The notes under the pieces are model-generated. The model searched no databases. It saw nothing but the letters and a program-made list of their open reading frames with translations, and was not told the origin of the DNA. 64,000 nucleotides of DNA, taken from the sequence record LC494302.1; one strand, 5' to 3'. Both the position numbers and the translations under genes were made by a program. Below, piece after piece: positions 55,924 through 64,000 of this stretch; position 1 is the first letter of the stretch, and each line of letters begins with the position of its first letter. The stretch is from Escherichia phage SP27.

Positions 55924-56889
55924 GTGAAAAAGCTTGATTTAAATACAATTGCCGAAGAAGTTCTGGATGAATGTTTTGCTAATGAAGAAGTCAACACACT
56001 AGAAGCCTTAGATTTCGTTGAAGATAAAGATGATAATGAAGGTAAAGTACAAAGCAGTTTCAAATATAATATTACACTTAAGCGACCACCAAATGTTTCC
56101 AATGAAGATCTAATTCGTGATATTCAAGCTGGTATCAATGTAAAGAAAAACACTGAACTGTTAGTTCGTTACAATTATGGACTGATTATTGATGTAGCAA
56201 GTAAATGTACTTGTTATATCCCATTTGAAGATAAGATTTCATATGGTGTTGAGGGGTTCATGAGAGCACTAAAAACCTTTGATCTTAATAAGAATGTTAA
56301 GTTCATTACCTATGCTTCTTCTAGTATTTACATGACAGTCTATAACGAAAGTTCTGACGCTAACTATATGGTACACTTCCCACGTTATATGAGTGTTCAT
56401 AAGATCAAAGTAAAAAGATTCTGCCAGGAATATATGCGTAAACATGGTGTTCGCCCAACACCTGAAATAATCTCAGAGGGTACTGGGATTGAGATTCAGC
56501 ATGTTAATAATTGTTTATTATTTCAAAGCGAATACACTTCACTGGATGCACCATTAGACGGTGTTACAGATGGTACATTAGGTGACATTATTCATTCACC
56601 TGCTTCTGATTTTAACCTCAATGTTGATAGTATCCGTGCACCTTTACGTTATGCTATCAATGAACTGACTAACGAATTGAGTACTAAAGAACGTGAGATT
56701 ATCCAGCGTGTTCATGGTCTAGGTGAATATGAACCTGAAACGCTTCGTGAGATTGCTGATAATGGTTTTGTTGATGATAATGGAAAATATGTTAAATCCC
56801 GTTCATCAATACACCGAAAGTACAGTGAAGCTATGCAAAAGCTTAAGAAGTTAGTACTTGCAAAAGGGTACGAATACGAAGATTTCTAA
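55924..56889 (+). CDS. sigma-70 family RNA polymerase sigma factor
   Basis: GTG start after AGGAGA RBS; region-2-like LLVRYNYGLIIDVASK...GVEGFMRALKTFD...FITYASSSIY and region-4-like HTH LSTKEREIIQRVHGLGEYEPETLREIADNGF...IHRKYSEAMQKLKKL. Confidence 0.6.
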   Translation: MKKLDLNTIAEEVLDECFANEEVNTLEALDFVEDKDDNEGKVQSSFKYNITLKRPPNVSNEDLIRDIQAGINVKKNTELLVRYNYGLIIDVASKCTCYIPFEDKISYGVEGFMRALKTFDLNKNVKFITYASSSIYMTVYNESSDANYMVHFPRYMSVHKIKVKRFCQEYMRKHGVRPTPEIISEGTGIEIQHVNNCLLFQSEYTSLDAPLDGVTDGTLGDIIHSPASDFNLNVDSIRAPLRYAINELTNELSTKEREIIQRVHGLGEYEPETLREIADNGFVDDNGKYVKSRSSIHRKYSEAMQKLKKLVLAKGYEYEDF

Positions 56890-56896
56890 AGAACAA

Positions 56897-56923
56897 GGGT
56901 TGGCTTATGCCAACCTTTTTTTT
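56897..56923 (+). terminator. rho-independent terminator after the sigma factor gene
   Basis: gggttggc ttat gccaacc plus tttttttt. Confidence 0.65.
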
Positions 56924-56943
56924 ATGGGATGAAGTAAAAGTTT

Positions 56944-56952
56944 GTGATATAA
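56944..56952 (+). promoter_or_regulatory. extended -10 promoter element reading into an ORF-free segment
   Basis: tgtgatataat immediately after terminator 56897-56923. Confidence 0.35.
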
Positions 56953-57447
56953 TTATCTTGTACAATTCTGTTGGCATGATATTCATGTACCTGATCCACT
57001 CGAAAACGTAGAGGGCAGTTGAGCAGTCCGACAGTGCGAACAGCAAAAGAAACCCGTTAGATGTGGGCATAGTTTGAACCCCTCACGGCAATGCGGCTGT
57101 ATAAAGAACCACGTTAGGATAGCTGGTGGTTCCTTGATAGACATATAAGGATAACACCTTACGAATTATCTAAGGGAGAGTTATCGAATTTTGTACAGGA
57201 AAGTTGCGTCCAAAATTTGAGTACTCACATTAAGTATTTGATTGCATAGATACTTAATGAAGATACACTATGTTTAAAAGTGTAGACCGTCATATGAAAC
57301 TGAAGTAGAGAGAAACAGGATGACCCGCTTTCGCACTCGTTATGAGTAATCTTCAATGCAATAGCTCTGATACCATCAGCGTCAAATTTCCCTCCTTGTG
57401 GGGGGAAGAAAAATCCCTTCCTCAAATCCCGTCAATATTAAAAGTCC

Positions 57448-57476
57448 TTGACAGTTATTAATCATTCGCGTAGAAT
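57448..57476 (+). promoter_or_regulatory. sigma70-like promoter (TTGACA-N17-TAGAAT)
   Basis: ttgacagttattaatcattcgcgtagaat. Confidence 0.45.
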
Positions 57477-57540
57477 ACGTAGTATTAGAAGCGAACAGAC
57501 ATCTCGAAGAGATGGATGATTAACCATTAAGGAATATCAA

Positions 57541-57750
57541 ATGAATTCAGTAATCTTTTTAGTAGTCGCTTTCTCTGTTAATTCCGGTGTACAAATAACC
57601 CCAATGAATTCCATGAATCAATGCATAGCAGTACGTGATAGTACATACGAACAAGTAAACAAAGATATTTGGATTACAGTTAGTAAAGAACAAATGTGGT
57701 GTTACAATAGTAATACTAACACAAAGCTTATTGTAGGACAAACTCAATGA
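57541..57750 (+). CDS. small secreted/membrane protein
   Basis: N-terminal MNSVIFLVVAFSVNSG signal-like. Confidence 0.4.
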   Translation: MNSVIFLVVAFSVNSGVQITPMNSMNQCIAVRDSTYEQVNKDIWITVSKEQMWCYNSNTNTKLIVGQTQ

Positions 57751-57977
57751 GTTATGGCGTTCGTTTTGAGATTCGTTCTATTGTCATCAATGCAGAGAAA
57801 CAAGTATCGTTGGATGGTGATATACGTGAAATTTATCTATCATGTATCCGTGCGAAATCTGAAGCAGATGCCTTAGTACAAATGTATAGTTTTAACTTTT
57901 CAAATGGATTCTATTTGGTACGAGTTATTGAAGTGAAAAAAGTACTTATTGGTTGTAGCATAGAAGGATTAATGTAA
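57747..57977 (+). CDS. hypothetical protein
   Basis: 76 aa ORF. Confidence 0.4.
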   Translation: MSYGVRFEIRSIVINAEKQVSLDGDIREIYLSCIRAKSEADALVQMYSFNFSNGFYLVRVIEVKKVLIGCSIEGLM

Positions 57978-57978
57978 A

Positions 57979-58767
57979 ATGAGCACTATAGATGAACTGA
58001 TTCGACGGAATTCAAAATATTACCAACCATCAGAAATTGTAGGTAACATTACCAAATCAGAGTTTGGTCCAAATACTCGAAAACTCATTCATGTAATGTC
58101 ACGTGATGGCTTTAAATGTGATTGTTGCGGTGAATCTAATGTAGTATTCACTTTACACAAGCACAGTACTAAAGATCGTTATAAATTCAGACCTTATGTA
58201 CTTAAAGGGAAACGCCTTGTACGCATGACGTTAGACCATAATGTACTGGACTGTCTTCAGGGCGGTAATGATAAAGAGAACATGACTGCACTGTGTGAAG
58301 ATTGTAACGCATTACGCCAGCATAAGTTTGCTGAATACAGTGAGTTTAAACACTGGTATCATAACGCGGATCGTTCAATCGAGCCTGACGTTAACTACTG
58401 CTTCATTGAGTACATTAAGAATGCCAAAGATACATACATTCTTAAATCAATGTCACCTATTACCGTGTTTCCTGAGAACCTATTCACTACATTAAAGAAT
58501 AGTTTTATTGTAGGTGATATTGATGCATTCAAGTATTTTGACAAAGGTGCAAAACATTTTGAAATTCAATGTCTTAGTACTGCACTATGTGAACTCATTA
58601 AAATTTACATAAAAGAGTATTTGGGTATTGACAATGTACGTGTACCAGAGTATACTTTTTCTATTGAATTCGATTGTGAATCAATCAAAGAGTTTGGAAT
58701 TCTTTTCAATAAACAAATAGAACTTGCAATTCAAAACGAAATCAAGTACTATACTACTAACATTTAA
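57979..58767 (+). CDS. HNH endonuclease (free-standing, homing-endonuclease-like)
   Basis: CDCCGES...HKH...RMTLDHNVLDCLQGGNDKENMTALCEDCNALRQHKF: CxxC / DH-N / CxxC spacing typical of the HNH beta-beta-alpha-metal fold. Confidence 0.55.
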   Translation: MSTIDELIRRNSKYYQPSEIVGNITKSEFGPNTRKLIHVMSRDGFKCDCCGESNVVFTLHKHSTKDRYKFRPYVLKGKRLVRMTLDHNVLDCLQGGNDKENMTALCEDCNALRQHKFAEYSEFKHWYHNADRSIEPDVNYCFIEYIKNAKDTYILKSMSPITVFPENLFTTLKNSFIVGDIDAFKYFDKGAKHFEIQCLSTALCELIKIYIKEYLGIDNVRVPEYTFSIEFDCESIKEFGILFNKQIELAIQNEIKYYTTNI

Positions 58768-58782
58768 TCAGAGGAAATTATC

Positions 58783-58965
58783 ATGCAAATTATCATTCTT
58801 ATCGTTGGCATCATGCTGGGTGTTTACGGTCACTCCTGGATGAACGAGAAGTTTCCTAATACGCGTCCTGAGTATTGCAGTTCTAATGTATTCCAGAATG
58901 GTGAGAAACCAAAGGAAAGCATTGGTAAAAAGCTGGATAAAGTACTTGATGTGATCAATGAATAA
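58783..58965 (+). CDS. small membrane protein
   Basis: MQIIILIVGIMLGVYG hydrophobic N-terminus. Confidence 0.4.
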   Translation: MQIIILIVGIMLGVYGHSWMNEKFPNTRPEYCSSNVFQNGEKPKESIGKKLDKVLDVINE

Positions 58966-59176
58966 GGGCCATAAAATGTTTAAACCGAATTCCAATGTTG
59001 GTAAGAAAGTTCAATTACTTGAAGATGTATCCACCATGAGTGGAATTTTCCCAAGAGGTCACATCATGACTATTATTGCCGAAACATCCCGTGGGTGGGA
59101 TTTGGAAGATGCTGATGGTAATCGCATCCTTGAGGCTGGATTCTATGGTCATCGTGAATATAAAATCGTTGATTAA
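58958..59176 (+). CDS. hypothetical protein
   Basis: 72 aa ORF; an alternative start exists at 58976. Confidence 0.4.
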   Translation: MNKGHKMFKPNSNVGKKVQLLEDVSTMSGIFPRGHIMTIIAETSRGWDLEDADGNRILEAGFYGHREYKIVD

Positions 59177-59272
59177 GGATACAACATGACTTTAGAGATT
59201 GTCTTTGGTATTGTTAGCTTAGTCGTCTGTGTGGGTTGGTTTGGGTATCTGATGATTTTTAGTGATTAATAC

Positions 59273-59300
59273 TTGACATAAGATATCAGTACTGTATAAT
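59273..59300 (+). promoter_or_regulatory. sigma70-like promoter with CAGTACTG spacer element
   Basis: ttgacataagatatcagtactgtataat. Confidence 0.55.
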
Positions 59301-59345
59301 GTTTATATCAAACGAAATCCACTTTAACAAATGATAGGAAATATT

Positions 59346-59624
59346 ATGTCTTTTTCTAAAGAAGAACGTGACCTTATTAAAAAAGCAATTTGGTTTTATG
59401 CTAATGAAGGGAAGTGCGATGAAGAAAAAGCACGTGAACTGTGTAATATTCTTGAGAAGAAACAAGAACTGAAAGTGTATCGTATCCGTGATTTGGATGA
59501 AGGGGATCGTATTGTCCTAGCTGAAACAAAAGAAGAAGCAGAACAAATCTTCACTGATAAAAACGAAAATCCACATTGGATGGAAGAAGTCTGTGATGTT
59601 AAAAAAGGTACTTATATCGATTGA
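59346..59624 (+). CDS. hypothetical protein
   Basis: TAGGAAA RBS then ATG 59346; downstream of promoter 59273-59300. Confidence 0.45.
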   Translation: MSFSKEERDLIKKAIWFYANEGKCDEEKARELCNILEKKQELKVYRIRDLDEGDRIVLAETKEEAEQIFTDKNENPHWMEEVCDVKKGTYID

Positions 59625-59662
59625 CAGTACTGAATAATAGCAGTATTATGTTTTATATAAAA

Positions 59663-59722
59663 GGGAATGCAGTGAAAGGAAAGACAGCATAATCGTACTC
59701 GTCACTGCGTTCCCGCCCTTTT
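59663..59722 (+). terminator. long stem-loop (13-bp stem), terminator or regulatory hairpin
   Basis: gggaatgcagtga (26-nt loop) tcactgcgttccc then gcccttttaaa. Confidence 0.4.
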
Positions 59723-59743
59723 AAATTAAATGAGGAATTAACT

Positions 59744-60052
59744 ATGTTTCAAACTAACACTCAAGGTTTTGTAATCATCGATTTGAATCAAAACAGCGGT
59801 TATTGGATGAAACCTACTGACGCATGTATGCAGTTTGATTTTTTAGGTTACAGGATTAGTGTAAGTACTGGTGCTTCTGTACTGAGAGGTGGTTGTATCG
59901 TTGAACATCTGGTAACTGATCCAGAAGGTCGTGAGTATGAAATCGCAGGTTCAGTACAAGATGCCATTATGTTTGTATGTCAGCGTGAAATGAATGGTTC
60001 GAATTCAAATGCACTGACTCATGCTCTTTCTCAAGAAGTGGAGGTTCGTTAA
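59744..60052 (+). CDS. hypothetical protein
   Basis: 102 aa ORF after GAGGAA RBS. Confidence 0.45.
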   Translation: MFQTNTQGFVIIDLNQNSGYWMKPTDACMQFDFLGYRISVSTGASVLRGGCIVEHLVTDPEGREYEIAGSVQDAIMFVCQREMNGSNSNALTHALSQEVEVR

Positions 60053-60297
60053 TGAAATACATTGTAGCAGTACTCGTCGCATTTCTACTCACTGCATGTG
60101 ATGCTTCTACCAAAGAACGTACAAGTGATTTTGTTCTACCTGCTGAATTAAAAGAAGCAGGGTGTAAGATTTATCGTATGCAACAAGATGGTGCTGGTGC
60201 AACTTTATACACTGTGTACTGTCCTAATGCAAATACAAGTACTGGATACACTAGCGGTAAAACACGAATCAACACTTCCGTAATTCATGGAGAATAA
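60052..60297 (+). CDS. lipoprotein
   Basis: Signal MKYIVAVLVAFLLTAC with lipobox L-T-A-C followed by Asp (+2). Confidence 0.55.
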   Translation: MKYIVAVLVAFLLTACDASTKERTSDFVLPAELKEAGCKIYRMQQDGAGATLYTVYCPNANTSTGYTSGKTRINTSVIHGE

Positions 60298-60299
60298 CA

Positions 60300-60668
60300 A
60301 TGAGCCTTGATACAACACGTGCAGCAGATTTATTAACTCGTCTGAATGATGAAGAATATCTTGCTGAGATAAAGTACAAGCTTGACAAACTTGTTCGAAG
60401 TGCTGAAGTAATTGAAGTTGAAGGTCACTTACCGATGGATCAATACCATAGGTTCAAGGAAGATATGGTTTATTATCCTAATGAAATTTGGATTGAGTGG
60501 CAACATTGGACTAACAAAACTCTTCGCATTGAAGGGTATTGTGTGAAGTATGAAAGTTCACCTGGTGATGTTACAAAAACTCTATCAATTTGGTGTACAA
60601 AAACAAATGAACTCGTTGAGGTGAATTTGAATTATATGAATGGATTCCGTTGGGGTGATGTTAAATGA
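60300..60668 (+). CDS. hypothetical protein
   Basis: 122 aa ORF. Confidence 0.45.
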   Translation: MSLDTTRAADLLTRLNDEEYLAEIKYKLDKLVRSAEVIEVEGHLPMDQYHRFKEDMVYYPNEIWIEWQHWTNKTLRIEGYCVKYESSPGDVTKTLSIWCTKTNELVEVNLNYMNGFRWGDVK

Positions 60669-60940
60669 TTAAAAAACTCTTGACTGGAATCATTGTGTGC
60701 AGTACAATGTTTCTTACAGCATGTAATGATGACGGCAGGTTTAGTGCAAAAGACTTAGTTCGTCAGGATTGTACATTCACAGGTAAGTCTTTTATTAACG
60801 AGTATGAAATATGTACACAATCAGGTCGTATCTGTGGTGGTTGGGAAAAACGTCAGGAGCGATTGTATGTATATGAATGCCCTGGACATCACAACAAAGT
60901 ACTAAGCACACACAAACTTGTTTATGATAAGGTTGAATAA
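60665..60940 (+). CDS. lipoprotein
   Basis: Signal MIKKLLTGIIVCSTMFLTAC with lipobox; Cys-rich mature part. Confidence 0.55.
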   Translation: MIKKLLTGIIVCSTMFLTACNDDGRFSAKDLVRQDCTFTGKSFINEYEICTQSGRICGGWEKRQERLYVYECPGHHNKVLSTHKLVYDKVE

Positions 60941-61155
60941 TGACTACCAATGAAATGATGCAGGTTATTTGGGATAAAGGTTGTGATATTAAAATCACTA
61001 GTACTGATGTTCGTGTATTCAAAACTGAATATATGGAGTACTTGGACCTTGATACTTATAATAATATTGTATCAATTGAACACAAAGGTGCAGTACTGGA
61101 AACCATTGACGTAGTACTCAAGAAAGCTACCGACCTATTAGGAGTGGCAGTGTGA
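60940..61155 (+). CDS. hypothetical protein
   Basis: 71 aa ORF. Confidence 0.4.
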   Translation: MTTNEMMQVIWDKGCDIKITSTDVRVFKTEYMEYLDLDTYNNIVSIEHKGAVLETIDVVLKKATDLLGVAV

Positions 61156-61299
61156 ATAACAAAGAGTGGGAAGATTACCGCAAGAAGTGCAGGGAGTTTG
61201 ATAAAGAACTTACTGGTACAGTGAATGCAGTAATGTGGGTATCTGTAATTATTGCAGTTCTTGCGTTGGGTGCTATTATTATTAATAAATTATTCTAAG
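61153..61299 (+). CDS. small membrane protein (GTG start, tentative)
   Basis: GTGA overlap with upstream stop; C-terminal VMWVSVIIAVLALGAIIINKLF TM helix; not in ORF track. Confidence 0.3.
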
Positions 61300-61308
61300 G
61301 CGAATATC

Positions 61309-61509
61309 ATGTTTACTTTATATCTCGCAGTAGTTCTCACCAATGGTGAAATCACTCGTACTATTGGTGAAGGTGTATATAAAACACCAGACCAGTGCTA
61401 CTCTGCCACTCATTGGCCTCGCGATAGTGGGGATGAAACTCGCACTGAATTCAAATGCATGAAAGTAAAAGGTGATTTTGTTAACCTTAAGGTTATCGAG
61501 GCGAAATAA
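61309..61509 (+). CDS. hypothetical protein
   Basis: Start placed at ATG 61309 (MFTLYLAVVL...) after AAGG RBS. Confidence 0.4.
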   Translation: MFTLYLAVVLTNGEITRTIGEGVYKTPDQCYSATHWPRDSGDETRTEFKCMKVKGDFVNLKVIEAK

Positions 61510-62027
61510 TGGATATTAATGAGTTGTTGAAATTAGTGTTTAATCGTGAACGCCGCGATACAAGACCAATTGAATATCAAGATGTGATACGCATTGAAAC
61601 TGATTTCTGTTATGGTAAAACAACTCATGACCTTTTGAATCTCTCTGGAAAACGCTATGCTGATGTTTGTTTTTCAGAGAGAAGTGATGGTTCAGAAATA
61701 ACGAGTACTGATATTGTTTGTTACGCACGCAGTGCTGATAAATCTTATGAAATAGAACTTATATATTCCCCTAGTTCTAAAACAAATCATCACCGCCATA
61801 TTTTATATGATGTTTATACACCACCTGGTATTGCTGAATATTTTGTTATTGATTATAGTACTGAAGAAAATGTGTTTCAACAAAGTTTGATTCATAACTT
61901 TGAGGTGAATGATCCATTAGTACCAAAGTTGTTCAAACTACTTGACACCATAGATGTTGATTTTGAATTTGTTATGTGCATTAGAACTTCTTTATTCAAT
62001 GAATTCATGGAACTTTTTAATATATGA
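61509..62027 (+). CDS. FQxS-module family paralog (distal copy)
   Basis: STEENVFQQSLIHNFEVNDPLV near C-terminus. Confidence 0.5.
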   Translation: MDINELLKLVFNRERRDTRPIEYQDVIRIETDFCYGKTTHDLLNLSGKRYADVCFSERSDGSEITSTDIVCYARSADKSYEIELIYSPSSKTNHHRHILYDVYTPPGIAEYFVIDYSTEENVFQQSLIHNFEVNDPLVPKLFKLLDTIDVDFEFVMCIRTSLFNEFMELFNI

Positions 62028-62245
62028 ATAGATACTATGTTGTGTATGAACACGTCTCTGAATTTAATAACATACGCGGGTTTTCCAGAGTAGTCACCAA
62101 GATGGATGTATTCATTCGTGCTCTTAGTGAAGTAGATGCACTGTTTAAATTGTTTGATGAAATTACAAAGTATAACACACCTAAAACACACCGCTATGTG
62201 GAAACTGTACATAGCATTATGCTAACTGAAAGTGATGAGGAATGA
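62024..62245 (+). CDS. hypothetical protein
   Basis: 73 aa ORF. Confidence 0.4.
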   Translation: MNRYYVVYEHVSEFNNIRGFSRVVTKMDVFIRALSEVDALFKLFDEITKYNTPKTHRYVETVHSIMLTESDEE

Positions 62246-62248
62246 TAA

Positions 62249-62467
62249 ATGAATTTATATCTAGTTGAAGGTTTAGTACAAGTCTATAAACCAGAAGGTG
62301 AAGGTCAACGTTTTTCACACGTAGAAGAATTTAAGTACGTTGTACAGGCTGATGGTCAGTACGATGCGGAAATTCAAGTAGATGAATCATTCCGTAAGAA
62401 AAATGAAATTGGTAAATTTCAATACCAGAACTTACAATATAAAGTATGGCCTAGTATAAATGACTAA
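62249..62467 (+). CDS. hypothetical protein
   Basis: 72 aa ORF. Confidence 0.4.
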   Translation: MNLYLVEGLVQVYKPEGEGQRFSHVEEFKYVVQADGQYDAEIQVDESFRKKNEIGKFQYQNLQYKVWPSIND

Positions 62468-62675
62468 GATGTGGTGGTGTCATGGTGTATATAACGTGTA
62501 TGTAAATGGTAGATATAAAATGTCTAGTACCTATGCAAGACGTGTTAATGCGAACAACCAAGTTGATGCTGCTTGTGAGATCATTGAGTGGTATGCTGAG
62601 TTCAATGCACCTGACTATATGTACGAAATAGTTACAATAAATGTTGTACAAATCGATACATCTTTGATACAATAA
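62460..62675 (+). CDS. hypothetical protein
   Basis: 71 aa ORF. Confidence 0.4.
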   Translation: MTKMWWCHGVYNVYVNGRYKMSSTYARRVNANNQVDAACEIIEWYAEFNAPDYMYEIVTINVVQIDTSLIQ

Positions 62676-62708
62676 CCACATCAAAAAAAATTGCATCTGA
62701 GGATACTT

Positions 62709-63371
62709 ATGTTAGTTAATCTTAATTTCATCACTTCACCTGACTGGGCATTACGTGGAGTTTCTTTAAACTTCAAGGAAACTATGTTTGACTACATTGG
62801 TGAGTGTACATTGGTAAATGCAACTTTTGATCCAAATCATCCGTTTTGGGCTGAAATTCATGATCCAAATGTAAACAACAATACATCTGTTATGACTATT
62901 GTCCAGACTAAACATGCAGGTATCCTTGCAGGTTATCGACCTGCACATGCAATTGAACACTTCACTGATTACGATGTCGTGGATGAATACCCAATGATCC
63001 ATGAAGATGGAAGTCTATACACATCTGAAGACTTCCGTGCTATCTTTAATAGTACTGATGATATTCTACCAAGTGGACGTCCACGTCCTGAGTCTTATCT
63101 TATGCATCCATCTTATGGTGTAGCAGATACGCTTGAACAGATTATGAATAAGTACAAGAACCTAATTGAAGGTCCAGAAGAAATTGTCCTGTGCTATCAC
63201 CCAGTACTGAAGTCTGAACAACCAAAGGATGGTGGATGGCGTTGGCATAAGAATGGTGAGTATATCGGTACTAAACGAAGTAAAGAACGTTTTGAGTACT
63301 TGTGTGATGAGCCAGATGTTGATGTGGTTTTGTGTTATAATTTTATTAAGGTGAAAAAGAAATGTATCTAG
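62709..63371 (+). CDS. hypothetical protein
   Basis: GAGGA RBS then ATG 62709. Confidence 0.5.
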   Translation: MLVNLNFITSPDWALRGVSLNFKETMFDYIGECTLVNATFDPNHPFWAEIHDPNVNNNTSVMTIVQTKHAGILAGYRPAHAIEHFTDYDVVDEYPMIHEDGSLYTSEDFRAIFNSTDDILPSGRPRPESYLMHPSYGVADTLEQIMNKYKNLIEGPEEIVLCYHPVLKSEQPKDGGWRWHKNGEYIGTKRSKERFEYLCDEPDVDVVLCYNFIKVKKKCI

Positions 63372-63604
63372 TACTAAGTTTTGTTGTTGCACTATTGTTT
63401 ATGTTCTATCCTACACTAGTGGCATTAGCCACTAGACGAACGATGGTAGATCTCACTACTGTATTCTTGCTAAACGTGGCATTAGTACTGGTGTCTATTA
63501 TCATTCCAGTGAGCTTTACAGTTATTGATATTATTTCGGTATTACTCTTCGTGTTAAGTTATCTTATGCTTATTGAAGAAACAAATGTTGACAAACGTTC
63601 GTAG
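63362..63604 (+). CDS. membrane protein
   Basis: Two or three hydrophobic helices. Confidence 0.45.
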   Translation: MYLVLSFVVALLFMFYPTLVALATRRTMVDLTTVFLLNVALVLVSIIIPVSFTVIDIISVLLFVLSYLMLIEETNVDKRS

Positions 63605-63615
63605 TACTGTATAAT
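63588..63615 (+). promoter_or_regulatory. sigma70-like promoter with GTACTG spacer element
   Basis: ttgacaaacgttcgtagtactgtataat. Confidence 0.55.
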
Positions 63616-63661
63616 GGTTCCTGTAGTCTGAAACTTAACACTTAAACTTGAGGTAAAAAAT

Positions 63662-63988
63662 ATGCTATCAGTACTAATTTCAATTCCGTCTTTAATTCTG
63701 ATTTGGCTTCTGGTTTACGAATGCTTTATTACTGATGATAATGATAAAAAAGAGTTCTCTGAGTTGTTTATGCTTGATTCGCCGATTGTGCGTATTTTCT
63801 ATACAGTCGTTGTGGTTTCAGTAATTGTATGGGTTTTGAGTTTTATCTTCCCACTCGGTGCAGTAGTTAAAACTTTGGATTTAGTTGAGAACTTTGTTGC
63901 AATTATGTGGCTAATCAAAGCACTATTTGCAGGAAATGTTAAAATTTGGATTGATATTATCAAATTCAAGTTCACGAATAAGATGTAA
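63662..63988 (+). CDS. membrane protein
   Basis: Hydrophobic helices; downstream of promoter 63588-63615. Confidence 0.45.
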   Translation: MLSVLISIPSLILIWLLVYECFITDDNDKKEFSELFMLDSPIVRIFYTVVVVSVIVWVLSFIFPLGAVVKTLDLVENFVAIMWLIKALFAGNVKIWIDIIKFKFTNKM

Positions 63989-64000
63989 CAGTGAAAATAT

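Overview
This window reads as an early/accessory region of a large, AT-rich (roughly 35% GC by eye) T4-like lytic phage of a Gram-negative host, with about 135 tightly packed ORFs almost all on the + strand. Recognisable genes: Dda/RecD-like helicase (5' truncated at the window edge), phage IF-3 homolog, ClpS-like adaptor, KTSC-domain protein, topoisomerase II large and medium subunits, GroES-like co-chaperonin, clamp-loader AAA+ subunit, HAD-like hydrolase, DEDDh exonuclease, C5-cytosine DNA methyltransferase, sigma-70-family factor, HNH endonuclease and two lipoproteins. A tRNA cluster (about 40.2-44.6 kb) carries at least six tRNAs plus one atypical tRNA-like element, interleaved with five copies of a MTHEEW mini-gene. 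Many sigma70-like promoters (TTGACA-N16-18-TATAAT, often with a CAGTACTG spacer element) and rho-independent terminators punctuate the region. The most striking feature is a family of about 21 small paralogous proteins (26-47 kb and 61.5 kb) with variable N-termini and a shared C-terminal module ([ST]EE.[FL]FQ.S.[IV].D.G..[FL][ED]); I cannot assign it to any family I recognise. All calls come from reading the sequence and ORF translations; no database search was run, and the one numerical claim (AGTACT enrichment) is a partial count by eye.
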